NCBI GenBank assembly: GCA_934699095.1 | Contig: CAKUVI010000003.1 | Coordinates: 233,076 to 297,075, forward strand | Direction of reading: 5' to 3' | From: an uncultured Bacteroidales bacterium | GTDB taxonomy: Bacteria; Bacteroidota; Bacteroidia; Bacteroidales; WCHB1-69 | DNA length: 64,000 nucleotides | Shown: in pieces, positions 1-9,856 of the stretch | Layout of the letters: every line of letters begins with the position of its first letter | Position numbering within the stretch: the stretch's first letter is position 1 | Made by a program: the position numbers and the translations under genes | The notes under the pieces: model-generated | Told to the model about the DNA's origin: nothing | What the model saw: the letters and a program-made list of their open reading frames with translations, nothing else | Databases searched by the model: none

Positions 1-2258
1 AGACGAGGTTTGAGGACATTGAGGTTGTAATTCTCTTTCTTTGCCGGATTTGTCTTCAAAGAACCAAGATAGAGTTCCACAAATTCTTTCATTTCCTTTT
101 CATCATAGTTTCCAACGAAGAAGAAATCAAAATCTGCAGGATTTGCAAAGCGTTCTCTATAGATCTGCACGGCACGGTCGAAATTAACCTGGCCAAGATA
201 ATTTTCATCCCATGAGAACATCTGTTTCATATATGGATCATGGTTCATGGCAGCGTCTAAAAATTCACCCAAATATTTATACATCGGTTGAACTTGGATC
301 ATTTTCAATTGTTCTTTAGTTTCATCCATAACGAGTTCAAAAGCGTTAGGATCGATGCGAGGATTTGTGAAGAAAGCATTGAGGTATTGGAAGAAGAATT
401 CCAGGTCTTTTGGAGAAGAGGAGCCGCTGAATCCTTCAGAAAGCAAACTTATTTCAGGAGTGAGGCCGACAGCCTTACCTTTCATCTTCTTGCTCAATGT
501 ATTGAAGTCGATTTCAGAAATACCGCCGCGGTCGATGATTTCGGTGGCAAAATCTGCAGAAGCAAGGTCTTTTATGCCATAGAGTGACTTGCCACCCTTA
601 CTTGATGCTGAGAACAGGATTTCATCATTCTTATAGTCTGTTTTTTTCAAATAAACAGTAATACCATTGGAGAGAGTCCATTTTTCGGCGCCAACTGCAT
701 CAATTTTCTCAACATTTGTAACCTTACCAGCCTTCAGATTCTCTTTTTCAAGAATTTCTTGATCTTTGTATGTGTCAACATAAGGTTCAACGTTTGCCAA
801 AGATTTGTCGTTGATAATTGAAAGGATTTGTTCTTTTGAAGGAACGTTCACGCCATCTTTATCTGGGGCAGTAACGAGTGCAAAGATATTATCTTCGGTA
901 ATCCAACCTTTAGCCAAGGCATTGATTTCTTCGAGAGTTATATTCTCTATCAATTTTTTAGCGTAGGTGTTTTCGCGTTTTGCACCAGGAATCGGGTCAT
1001 TACGGAGGAAGTTGTTGATGTATTGCGTTGCGAAGCGGGCTGATTCTGTTTTGTCAACCTCTTTGGCAGCGCGGTCATAATCCTCAAGGAGCTCCTCTTT
1101 TGCACGGTCAAGCTCTGTTTGCAAAAATCCATATTTCAGGACACGGTAATCTTCGCGCATAAGTACTTGCAATGCTTCCGGAACGCGGTTTTCTTTTGCA
1201 ATAGCTTGAGAACCATACATATCAGTATTTCCAATGAATTCACCATAACCTGAAGATGCACCCATAAACGGACATTTAGGATCCTGTGTCATCTCAGCGA
1301 AGCGAGCGTCAAACATTGTGTTGAAGAGATCGATGCAAAGTTGTTTACGAAAATCGCCAATGGTCTTCATTGCGAAATGAGGGTGCTTGCGGATAATCAT
1401 GATCTGGTTGCCTGAAGCCTCCTTGTCGGTGCAAACTGATACCAACGGCTCTTTATTTGGAGCAAAACCGTAGGTCTCTTTTTTGCGAGGATTCTGTTTA
1501 GCCGGGATATTTCCGAACATTGTCTTGATCTTCTGCTCAACCTCTTTCACATTGATGTCACCAACAACGATTACAGCCTGCAAATCTGGACGATACCAAT
1601 CATGGTAGAAATCTTTAATAGTTTGATAATCAAATGTTTGAAGAATACTCAGTAATCCGATTGGCATACGGTCGGCATAGCGTGAGCCCTTCATCAAGAC
1701 AGGCCAATACTCTTTGCTTATACGATCGTCAGCGCCAAGACCGAGGCGGTATTCTTCAATAATCACACCGCGTTCCTCATCTATTTCCTTGTTGTCGTAG
1801 AGTAATCCTGCAGCCCATCCTCTTAAAATCTTAAGACCAAGATCAATATTAGCAGGATCGTCGAGCGGCATAGGAATCATATACACAGTCTCATCAAAGC
1901 TTGTATATGCATTCAAGTCGGCTCCAAAAACAACGCCTTTGCTACGAAGATGATCAACAACAGAGTTGCTCGGGAAGCCTTCTATACCATTGAAAGCCAT
2001 GTGCTCAGTGAAGTGAGCAAGACCGCGTTGGTCTTCATTTTCCTGATTTGATCCGGCATTTACAGCCAAACGAAACTCAACTCTGTCTTTAGGATAGGAG
2101 TTATGACGTATGTAATATGTCAAACCATTATCCAATTTACCAATTGTGACATTCGGGTCAGCCTTGATTGGATCATTGAGATTCAAATCACCACTTTTCT
2201 GTGCAAAAATTGCGACTGCACTGAAAAGTATCATCGATAACATTAAAATTTTTTTCAT
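1..2258 (-). CDS. M16 (pitrilysin/insulinase) family zinc peptidase, secreted; partial, C-terminus runs off the window start
   Basis: Own translation of the minus strand from ATG at 2256-2258 gives signal peptide MKKILMLSMILFSAVAIFAQ, then ...QRGLAHFTEHMAFNG (inverted HxxEH zinc motif). The frame stays open to position 1, so it is absent from the complete-ORF track. Confidence 0.85.
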   Translation of the reverse strand, partial: MKKILMLSMILFSAVAIFAQKSGDLNLNDPIKADPNVTIGKLDNGLTYYIRHNSYPKDRVEFRLAVNAGSNQENEDQRGLAHFTEHMAFNGIEGFPSNSVVDHLRSKGVVFGADLNAYTSFDETVYMIPMPLDDPANIDLGLKILRGWAAGLLYDNKEIDEERGVIIEEYRLGLGADDRISKEYWPVLMKGSRYADRMPIGLLSILQTFDYQTIKDFYHDWYRPDLQAVIVVGDINVKEVEQKIKTMFGNIPAKQNPRKKETYGFAPNKEPLVSVCTDKEASGNQIMIIRKHPHFAMKTIGDFRKQLCIDLFNTMFDARFAEMTQDPKCPFMGASSGYGEFIGNTDMYGSQAIAKENRVPEALQVLMREDYRVLKYGFLQTELDRAKEELLEDYDRAAKEVDKTESARFATQYINNFLRNDPIPGAKRENTYAKKLIENITLEEINALAKGWITEDNIFALVTAPDKDGVNVPSKEQILSIINDKSLANVEPYVDTYKDQEILEKENLKAGKVTNVEKIDAVGAEKWTLSNGITVYLKKTDYKNDEILFSASSKGGKSLYGIKDLASADFATEIIDRGGISEIDFNTLSKKMKGKAVGLTPEISLLSEGFSGSSSPKDLEFFFQYLNAFFTNPRIDPNAFELVMDETKEQLKMIQVQPMYKYLGEFLDAAMNHDPYMKQMFSWDENYLGQVNFDRAVQIYRERFANPADFDFFFVGNYDEKEMKEFVELYLGSLKTNPAKKENYNLNVLKPR

Positions 2259-2288
2259 AGAGTTATTGTTTTATTAAAATTTATCCTA

Positions 2289-4925
2289 TTATTTCAATTT
2301 TGACAGCTGTTCTTTGATAATTCTGATTTTTTCTTCAGCGTCGGCCTGTTTTTTGCGCTCTATATCAACAACTTGTTGAGGTGCATTATTCACAAAGCGC
2401 TCATTGGAAAGTTTTTTCAATACATTTTGAAGGAAACCCTCTGCGTATTTCAAGTCATTTTCTAACTTTTTAATCTCCTCAGCTGCGTCAACAAGACCGG
2501 TGAGAGGAACCGAGTATTGAACATTATTTTCGATAAATGAAGCACCATCAACATCAGTATTACCCTTATATTCAATGCTTTCTATATTACACAATTTAGC
2601 GATAACGGCATCAAATTCCGGTTCTGAAGATGATTGCTCCGCGTAAACGTTTAATTTAAGGGCGTGTTTCTGGGCAATATTTTTTTCGTTGCGAACCCTG
2701 CGCACCTGTTCAATGACCTTGCGTGCATCAGCGAACTCAGCGAGCAGTTGATGGTCTGCCGGGCCAACTTCAGGCATTGATGTAAGCATTATTGACTCGT
2801 TTTCCTGTCGTTCGCGCAAAGAATGCCACAATTCCTCAGTGATGAACGGCATAAACGGGTGCAGGATCTTCATCAAAGTTTCAAAAAGGTCAACAATTTC
2901 GCAATATGTTTTGCCATCAATTGGTTTCTGATATGCAGGTTTTACAACTTCAAGGAAGCAGGAGCAGAAATCGTCCCAAATAAGTTTATAGACAGACATG
3001 AGGGTTTCAGAGAGGCGGTAACGTTTAAAATTCTCTTCAACTTCGGCCAGCACCTCATTGATTCTGTTCTGCATCCATTTCACCGCGGTGGCGGTGTGCA
3101 ACGGTTGTGCGATATTTTGGTCTATCTCCCACCCTTTCACCAGTCTGAAGGCGTTCCAAAGCTTGTTACTGAAGTTTCTGCCTTGTTCGCAGAGGGATTC
3201 GTCAAACAGAAGGTCGTTGCCGGCGGGCGAGCTCAGCAGCATTCCGAAGCGCACGCCATCGGCGCCGTATTTTTCCATCAGCATAATAGGGTCGGGCGAG
3301 TTTCCGAGCTGCTTCGACATCTTCCGGTGCAGTTTGTCGCGCACGGTCCCGGTGAAATATACATCCTTGAAAGGAATCTGTCCGCGCCACTCGAGGCCGG
3401 CCATAATCATGCGAGCAACCCAGAAGAAGATGATGTCGGGAGCCGTAATCAGAGCGGATGTCGGGTAATAGTACTTTATTTCGGCATTCTCCGGATTGCG
3501 GATACCATCGAACACAGACAAAGGCCACAACCACGATGAAAACCAAGTGTCCATAACATCTTCATCCTGTTTCAGATCGTTGATGGTCAGATTAAGTTCA
3601 GGATATTTCTGACGGGCGATGTTCAGAGCCTCGTCCACGTTGTGGGCTACTACAAACTCATGGTTTGGCAGATAATATGCAGGAATGCGGTGGCCCCACC
3701 AGAGCTGACGACTTATGCACCAGTCTTTGATGTTTTCCATCCAATGTGAGTATGTGTTTTTAAACTTTTCCGGATAGAAATTGATTTCACCGTTCATGAC
3801 AGCATCCAAAGCCGGTTTTGCCAACTCACCCATCTTGCAGAACCATTGCATCGACAATTTTGGCTCAATGACCTCATTAGTGCGCTCTGAGAATCCTACT
3901 TTATTTACATAATCTTCGATTTTCACAAGATTTCCAGCCTTTTCCAACAGCGGAATGATAGCCTCACGAGCCTCGAAGCGGTCCATACCAACCAAGAACT
4001 GGGCATTCTCGCTCAAGGTGCCGTTATCATTGAATATATTTATGGTTTCAAGATGATGTTTTATCCCGAGGTTGTAGTCGTTGATATCGTGGGCAGGGGT
4101 GATTTTCAGTGCACCTGTGCCGAACTCGCGTTCAACATATTCGTCATAAATCAACGGAATGGATCTGTTTACGAGAGGCACGATAGCGCGTTTGCCTTTG
4201 TATTTGGCATAGCGTTCATCGTCGGGATGCATGCAGATTGCAGTATCACCGAGGATGGTTTCAGGACGAGTAGTGGCGATAGTGATGTATTCGTTTTCTT
4301 CACCTTCAATCTGGTATCTTACATAGTAGAGTTTTGATTGAAGCTCCTTGTAGATCACTTCCTCGTCAGAAACCGCTGTCAGTGCTTTCGGATCCCAATT
4401 GACCATGCGCACGCCGCGATATATTTTCCCTTTGTTGTAGAGATCCACGAAAATGTCTGTTACTGCCTCAGACAACTCCGGGTCCATGGTGAACTTCGTG
4501 CGTTCCCAATCGCAGGATGCGCCCAGCTTGCGGAGTTGTTTCAGGATGATGCCTCCGTATTTCTCTTTCCATTCCCAAGCGTGTTTCAAGAACTCCTCAC
4601 GTGAGAGGTCTTTTTTATCAATTCCCTGCTCCTTGAGATAATTCACGACCTTAGCCTCTGTGGCTATCGATGCATGGTCGGTGCCGGGCACCCAGACAGC
4701 GTTGAAACCTTTCATGCGGGCGCGGCGCACAAGCACATCCTGTATTGTGTTGTTGAGCATGTGACCCATGTGGAGCACACCCGTCACATTTGGCGGCGGA
4801 ATCACTATCGAATATGCCGGACGTGAATCGGGTTCCGAGTGGAACATCCGGTGGTCGGTCCAAAATTTATACCACTTATCTTCAACCGCAATAGGGTCAT
4901 ATTTAGTGTTAATCTCTGTTGCCAT
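2289..4925 (-). CDS. valS: valine--tRNA ligase
   Basis: 878 aa. Class I HIGH-type motif ([15 protein letters not shown]), KMSKS-type motif (KMSKQLGNS), C-terminal coiled coil. Confidence 0.97.
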   Translation of the reverse strand: MATEINTKYDPIAVEDKWYKFWTDHRMFHSEPDSRPAYSIVIPPPNVTGVLHMGHMLNNTIQDVLVRRARMKGFNAVWVPGTDHASIATEAKVVNYLKEQGIDKKDLSREEFLKHAWEWKEKYGGIILKQLRKLGASCDWERTKFTMDPELSEAVTDIFVDLYNKGKIYRGVRMVNWDPKALTAVSDEEVIYKELQSKLYYVRYQIEGEENEYITIATTRPETILGDTAICMHPDDERYAKYKGKRAIVPLVNRSIPLIYDEYVEREFGTGALKITPAHDINDYNLGIKHHLETINIFNDNGTLSENAQFLVGMDRFEAREAIIPLLEKAGNLVKIEDYVNKVGFSERTNEVIEPKLSMQWFCKMGELAKPALDAVMNGEINFYPEKFKNTYSHWMENIKDWCISRQLWWGHRIPAYYLPNHEFVVAHNVDEALNIARQKYPELNLTINDLKQDEDVMDTWFSSWLWPLSVFDGIRNPENAEIKYYYPTSALITAPDIIFFWVARMIMAGLEWRGQIPFKDVYFTGTVRDKLHRKMSKQLGNSPDPIMLMEKYGADGVRFGMLLSSPAGNDLLFDESLCEQGRNFSNKLWNAFRLVKGWEIDQNIAQPLHTATAVKWMQNRINEVLAEVEENFKRYRLSETLMSVYKLIWDDFCSCFLEVVKPAYQKPIDGKTYCEIVDLFETLMKILHPFMPFITEELWHSLRERQENESIMLTSMPEVGPADHQLLAEFADARKVIEQVRRVRNEKNIAQKHALKLNVYAEQSSSEPEFDAVIAKLCNIESIEYKGNTDVDGASFIENNVQYSVPLTGLVDAAEEIKKLENDLKYAEGFLQNVLKKLSNERFVNNAPQQVVDIERKKQADAEEKIRIIKEQLSKLK

Positions 4926-5082
4926 TTTTATAATATACTAATAATCAATAATTTACCAAGAACACTTCTCCAAAGTGCATAATTTGGCAAATATACGATT
5001 TTTTACTAAAGCATGATAATTTATTTTCACTGCAGCACTGTGGCGCTCACAACGTGATTATACGAGTGGAGGACATTGTTCA

Positions 5083-5577
5083 TTATAGCAACTTCATGGC
5101 TATTTTCGCACAGGCTTCAGCATCGGCCAAGGCGTGGTGGTGGTTCTCCATCGGGCAACCGCAAGCAGCAGCCACAGTGTGCAGCTGGTGATCAGGCAGA
5201 CTGCGTCCGAAGAAGCGTCGCGCCGCCCTGCATGTGCAATGAAACTCATAATCGGGATAATCCATCTGATAGACTTTGAACACAGCCTTCAAACATCCTT
5301 CGTCGAACGGACTGTTATGTGCAACCAACGGCAAACCCTCGATGAGAGGCTCGACTTTATGCCATACCACAGGGAATACTGGCGCATCATCGGTGTCTTC
5401 ATGACCAAGGCCGTGCACACGCTGGCAGAACCAGGCATAATAATCCGGCTCAGGTTTGATGAGACTGTAGAAAGTGTCCGTTATCACGCCACCGCGCACC
5501 ACTACCACGCCCACACTGCAAACACTGCTGCGCTGCCCGTTGGCAGTCTCAAAATCTATGGCAGCAAAATCGTTCAT
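5083..5577 (-). CDS. DnaQ-like 3'-5' exonuclease domain protein
   Basis: 164 aa. Exo I motif AIDFETAN and Exo III motif HHALADAEA. Confidence 0.8.
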   Translation of the reverse strand: MNDFAAIDFETANGQRSSVCSVGVVVVRGGVITDTFYSLIKPEPDYYAWFCQRVHGLGHEDTDDAPVFPVVWHKVEPLIEGLPLVAHNSPFDEGCLKAVFKVYQMDYPDYEFHCTCRAARRFFGRSLPDHQLHTVAAACGCPMENHHHALADAEACAKIAMKLL

Positions 5578-5651
5578 TTCTTCATTTGGAATTGAGGCTG
5601 CAAAAGTCGTAAAAATTTGCTAATCTGCAACAGGAAAATGCCTTTTTCAAA

Positions 5652-7760
5652 CTAATCTCTGCCTCTCAATTTCACACCTACGAAAAAACAGCGCGGCATC
5701 TTTGGACCATATATGTACCCAGAATCCCGCATAACACCCACATCCAAGTCTTTTTGATATGAGTTAGTTATGTTATTCACACCTAAAGAGACTTGAATAT
5801 TAAATATATCACGTTGATTCTCCGAATTATTTTTACTCAGTTTCACGCCGAATTCGTATGACACTTGGGCATTTAGCACAAAGAACGTCTGTGACTTCGT
5901 AAGAGATGACATTTCAGCTTCATGTGGCACCAACATCGGACCTGTCAGATTTCCGGAGAGATTCAGTGTCAGTTTTTTCCAAGGATTACTTTCAGCTATA
6001 AAATATCCGTAAACCTGCGGTGTGCGAAGCATCCTGATCTCGGGTGCTGCTTCGTCACTCCATTGTATCGCTGAGTTGTAGCGGCTTATCTGCCAAGTAG
6101 CTCCCACCTGTAACATCAAATAGCGGCGCCAGCTGATCTTTATTGCCTGATGAACACCGGCAACATATCCCTTGTCGGCGTTATATCGTTCCGACACTTC
6201 CACGCCTTCTGCTGTTTCATATCTTCTTTCGGCAAAGATATCATTTAGAAATGTGTAAAATAACTCTGTTGTGAAATCAGCATCGACTCCGCCCCTGTTC
6301 ATGCAGTAATCTGCAGAGACAGAAGCACTGTGCGATCTTTCCTCCCTCAATCCGTCAGCAAGTCTGCTGACTATTCTTTCACCATCGGCCAACATAACGT
6401 GAAGGTCCTCGTCATAGTTTTGAGGCGGTCTGAAACCCATGGCGTAATTTACTCTCAGCGACAAACTTCTAATTGGATTATATCTGATGTTCACTCGTGG
6501 AGAGACAATAATCCTGCTAATCAACGAATGTTTGTCAGCACGGACACCCGCCAACAAGGACCACTCTTCGTTTTTCCATTCGTTTTGAGCATAAAGTCCG
6601 ACGATATTGACATTTTGCTGTAAATATTGACTATGTTCTGGAATGGAATCGGATAGCATATCAAAATTGTATTCCGCTCCGACTGTCAAAGACGCTGGCA
6701 TAAACCAAAGTGTGTCAAAATGGAATCGCCACAGACCGCCTGTTGACAGAGTGAGATTGTGAGTATATCCATAGGATTTCAGGGCTTCGGCCTTTTCCTC
6801 CTCTCCGCCTTCCATGCAGCCTCCGTAGTAGCTGTTTCTCTTCACATTTTGTAGAGCGAGGTACGTTTCCACGTGCTGGTGACCAAAATCGATGTGGTAG
6901 TCGATATTTCCGCTATGAATAAAGTGGGATGCGCCTTCTGATATATCAGACATGTGAGGCTGAAGGTCCAATTTGTTTCCGCCCCTGTGCTCATCCGAAA
7001 CATAATTATATCTGATGCTGAGTTTTGAAAGTTTTGTAGGTCTTACGAAGGCATTGAAACCTAATGAGAGATTATTCAATTTGGGGATGTCGCTATAGAG
7101 GTCTTCATTATGGTCGTATGCATCGCGATGGCGGTTTTGAGCGAAAAGGTAAAGACCTGCAGCATTATTTCTGGTCACAGCGGATGCGTATGCATGGGTC
7201 ACATTGTCGAAAGCATTTGCCAGGTTGATGTTGGTTATGGTGTGGCCTATGCCGCCGCCGTTTCTATATGCCTCCTTTGTTATCACATTTATAATGCCGC
7301 CGACAGCCGAAGCACCGTACAGAGCGCTTCCGCCGCCCCTCATCACCTCTATTCTATCAATCATCTCGACTGGTATTTGTTCCAATCCATAAACACCAAT
7401 AAGAGAGGAAAAAATAGGTTTAGAATCAATCAATATCTGTGAGTAATGACCATCAAGACCATTGATACGCACCTGAGTAAAACCGCAGTTTTGGCAATTA
7501 TCCTCTACACGTACACCGGAAACAAAATCTAAAGTTTGCGCCAAACAAACCGAATTTGTGGAATTCATGGTCTTAAGAGTGGCAATATCCACCAATGAAG
7601 GGGCTTGCCTCCGTAATGTGCGCTCCCTGTTTGATGATATTGTTATCTCTTCTATGTGGATTGTATCATGATTTTGACTGTGTGATATTTCTTGCGCTCG
7701 TACACACAACGCGCTGATCCATAGTACTATGGAAAGTGAAAATCGTATTATTTTTTTCAT
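5652..7760 (-). CDS. TonB-dependent receptor (plug plus beta-barrel)
   Basis: Plug-like region (IEVMRGGGSALYGASAVGGIINVITK) followed by a long barrel. The start was moved from the ORF-track position 7832 to the ATG at 7758-7760, which gives signal peptide MKKIIRFSLSIVLWISALCVRAQ. The plug contains a CQNCG (CxxC) motif. Confidence 0.9.
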   Translation of the reverse strand: MKKIIRFSLSIVLWISALCVRAQEISHSQNHDTIHIEEITISSNRERTLRRQAPSLVDIATLKTMNSTNSVCLAQTLDFVSGVRVEDNCQNCGFTQVRINGLDGHYSQILIDSKPIFSSLIGVYGLEQIPVEMIDRIEVMRGGGSALYGASAVGGIINVITKEAYRNGGGIGHTITNINLANAFDNVTHAYASAVTRNNAAGLYLFAQNRHRDAYDHNEDLYSDIPKLNNLSLGFNAFVRPTKLSKLSIRYNYVSDEHRGGNKLDLQPHMSDISEGASHFIHSGNIDYHIDFGHQHVETYLALQNVKRNSYYGGCMEGGEEEKAEALKSYGYTHNLTLSTGGLWRFHFDTLWFMPASLTVGAEYNFDMLSDSIPEHSQYLQQNVNIVGLYAQNEWKNEEWSLLAGVRADKHSLISRIIVSPRVNIRYNPIRSLSLRVNYAMGFRPPQNYDEDLHVMLADGERIVSRLADGLREERSHSASVSADYCMNRGGVDADFTTELFYTFLNDIFAERRYETAEGVEVSERYNADKGYVAGVHQAIKISWRRYLMLQVGATWQISRYNSAIQWSDEAAPEIRMLRTPQVYGYFIAESNPWKKLTLNLSGNLTGPMLVPHEAEMSSLTKSQTFFVLNAQVSYEFGVKLSKNNSENQRDIFNIQVSLGVNNITNSYQKDLDVGVMRDSGYIYGPKMPRCFFVGVKLRGRD

Positions 7761-7797
7761 ATCTGTTACATATAGTGCAAAACAAGCCAAGACCACT

Positions 7798-7819
7798 CTG
7801 AAGAAATAAATTTCTTCAG
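7798..7819. other. Perfect inverted repeat CTGAAGAAAT-AA-ATTTCTTCAG between the small His/Cys protein gene and the TonB-dependent receptor gene
   Basis: Read directly: 10-nt arms at 7798-7807 and 7810-7819. It lies in the 87-nt intercistronic gap and has no flanking T-run. Confidence 0.4.
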
Positions 7820-7847
7820 ACAGTCTCAACAATTAAAACCCGTCCTG

Positions 7848-8213
7848 TTACAATTGTAAAACAGGGGGTGCACGCAACAGACAGACGCCCGTCTTGCCAA
7901 GGTAGGTAAAGGGGGCCTCTAATACAAAAAAAATGTTTATTATGACACTTTCTACGGCATCTACATAGGTGTCTGGCAACAAAAACCGTTCCTGGTTACT
8001 GTTACAGATGGCACATGACGAGCAGTTGTCGGAGTCATCAAAATAAATGACAGTATGTGACAGTTTATGATGAGACATAGTCTGCCCATCTAACGGGCAG
8101 ACTATGTCTTCTGCATTTTTCCAATGATGATGGTGGCCTGCCTTAACTCCTAACGCAACAAGAAACAGCGTAAGAAGAAACAATGATGTTGTTTGTCGCA
8201 GGCGGTAATTCAT
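7848..8213 (-). CDS. Small N-terminally membrane-anchored His/Cys-rich protein, function unknown
   Basis: 121 aa with an ATG start. Hydrophobic N-terminus (SLFLLTLFLVALGV) is followed by HHHH, SHHKLSH, CSSCAIC and a C-terminal APP. It lies immediately upstream of the TonB-dependent receptor on the same strand. Confidence 0.5.
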   Translation of the reverse strand: MNYRLRQTTSLFLLTLFLVALGVKAGHHHHWKNAEDIVCPLDGQTMSHHKLSHTVIYFDDSDNCSSCAICNSNQERFLLPDTYVDAVESVIINIFFVLEAPFTYLGKTGVCLLRAPPVLQL

Positions 8214-8233
8214 TATTAGAATCCGATATATGT

Positions 8234-8737
8234 CTATTTAATTCCGAGCTCTTTTTTTACGGCGGCAGTAATATCATCAGTGTCGGTATGGTAAGCACAC
8301 ATTGTTACATCAAACACATAGTTGTATTTACCATTTTCGGCAACCACTTTGATAGCCTCCTTAAGTTTGTCTTGAAGAGGTCGTATCAACTCCATCTGTT
8401 TGTTTTGGATATCCATTTCGCTTGAGGACACAAAATCTTGAAGGCGTTCATAGAGTTTACGGAGTTCGTCTTCTTTTACTTTAAGTATTGCAGCTGAAGT
8501 TGTGGTAGTGGCTAATTTCTGATAGTCCTCCTGTTTTTTCTTAAGTTCGTCAGCCATCTGCTGGCCCACTGCTTCAAGTTCCTGTTGGTAATCAACGATC
8601 GCCTTTTGAATAGAGTCAACGCCGGGCATCTCCTTCATTATGGCGCCATAATCAACATGTGCGAACTTGGCTTTTTGAGCAAAGCCTGTGTGCACGAGGA
8701 ACAGGGCTATAGCGCATATTAGAATTACTCTTTTCAT
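8234..8737 (-). CDS. OmpH/Skp family periplasmic chaperone
   Basis: 167 aa. Signal peptide, coiled-coil rich (QQELEA...KKKQEDYQK), C-terminal ...DITAAVKKELGIK. Downstream of bamA. Confidence 0.85.
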   Translation of the reverse strand: MKRVILICAIALFLVHTGFAQKAKFAHVDYGAIMKEMPGVDSIQKAIVDYQQELEAVGQQMADELKKKQEDYQKLATTTTSAAILKVKEDELRKLYERLQDFVSSSEMDIQNKQMELIRPLQDKLKEAIKVVAENGKYNYVFDVTMCAYHTDTDDITAAVKKELGIK

Positions 8738-8747
8738 CTTTCCGAAA

Positions 8748-9245
8748 TTACTTGATGCCTAATTCTTTTTTCACCATCGGAGTGATATCATCACTATTGG
8801 AGTAGTAAAGAAGTGTTGATGTATCGAAAACGTAGGTGTAGTTGTTTGCCTTGGCAACCTTGTCTATTGCATTATGGATAGCATCCTGGAAAGGTTTGGC
8901 AAGCTCATAGCGTTTGTTTTCGAGATCTTCCTGTACTCCGGCTTGGAATTCCTGAATTCTTGCAGCCAGATCGTTGAGCTCTTTCTCACGCATTTGGCGC
9001 ACTGTGGGCGACATGGTTCCAACTTCACGGTCGAACTTGTCTTTCTTGGTCTGGAATTCGGTAACCATATTGTCATATTCGGCCTGTAATTCCTGTTGGA
9101 AAGCCATAAGCTTAACCTGCATGGAGTCGATGCCTGGCATAACTTCCAATATTTCACCTGAGTTCACGTGACCATATTTTTGGGCATTGGCCACTTGCAC
9201 TGAGCATATTGCGATTACCGCAATGATCATTAAGAATCTTTTCAT
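8748..9245 (-). CDS. OmpH/Skp family periplasmic chaperone (tandem paralog)
   Basis: 165 aa. Same architecture and the same C-terminal motif DITPMVKKELGIK as the neighbouring gene. Confidence 0.85.
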   Translation of the reverse strand: MKRFLMIIAVIAICSVQVANAQKYGHVNSGEILEVMPGIDSMQVKLMAFQQELQAEYDNMVTEFQTKKDKFDREVGTMSPTVRQMREKELNDLAARIQEFQAGVQEDLENKRYELAKPFQDAIHNAIDKVAKANNYTYVFDTSTLLYYSNSDDITPMVKKELGIK

Positions 9246-9269
9246 AACTCTTTTATCCGAATTTAATTA

Positions 9270-9803
9270 TTAATCATCTAAATTATTACTGCCTGATATG
9301 CCCATTTTTTGAAGGACTTCAGCATTGATATCCCATTTCGGGTCGGCATAAATGATAGTGAGGTCGCCGGCTGTGTCGAAGACGAATGCAAAACCCTTCT
9401 CCTTAGCATAGTCATTCACAGCGTTGATAACACGGTCTTGGATAGGTTTCACCAACTCCTCGCGTTTTTTAAAGAGGTCGCCATCCTGACCGAAGCGCTT
9501 TTTCTGCAGATCTTTGGCGGCTTTTTCCTGTGCTATGATGGCCTCTTCGCGACTTCTTTTAATCTGTTCCGGCAAAGTTATCGACTCTACCTGATAGCGT
9601 TTGTACATGGAGTCGATCTTGGAGAATTTGCCTTCGATTTCCTTCTGCCACTGCACTGCCACACGGTCTAACTCGGCTTGTGCCTCTTTGTATTCAGGTA
9701 TCTGTGAAAGAATATATTCGGAATTGATATACGCATACTTCTGCGCAAAGCCGAACATCATCATCATTGAAAATAATACTGTGAAAAGAAGTTGTTTTTT
9801 CAT
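9270..9803 (-). CDS. OmpH family outer membrane protein/chaperone
   Basis: 177 aa. Signal peptide and coiled-coil composition; first gene after bamA. Confidence 0.8.
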   Translation of the reverse strand: MKKQLLFTVLFSMMMMFGFAQKYAYINSEYILSQIPEYKEAQAELDRVAVQWQKEIEGKFSKIDSMYKRYQVESITLPEQIKRSREEAIIAQEKAAKDLQKKRFGQDGDLFKKREELVKPIQDRVINAVNDYAKEKGFAFVFDTAGDLTIIYADPKWDINAEVLQKMGISGSNNLDD

Positions 9804-9856
9804 CTCTTTATATTTTATTTATGCGTTTCGTAAGACATTAATTCAGAGCAACAAGT

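Noticed and set aside
288-1132. Short ORFs (99, 75 and 60 aa) listed in the first 2.2 kb of the ORF track.
   Set aside because: They lie inside or antisense to the long open minus-strand frame of the M16 peptidase, which runs off the window and is therefore missing from the track. They have no motifs.
2823-4863. Plus-strand and alternative-frame ORFs of up to 238 aa inside valS.
   Set aside because: These are shadow ORFs within a confidently identified essential gene, and their composition is low-complexity. The same reasoning applies to the antisense ORFs inside bamA, porU, the TPR gene (29863..30507), the C10 peptidase (44542..45513) and atpD/atpC (50300..50842).
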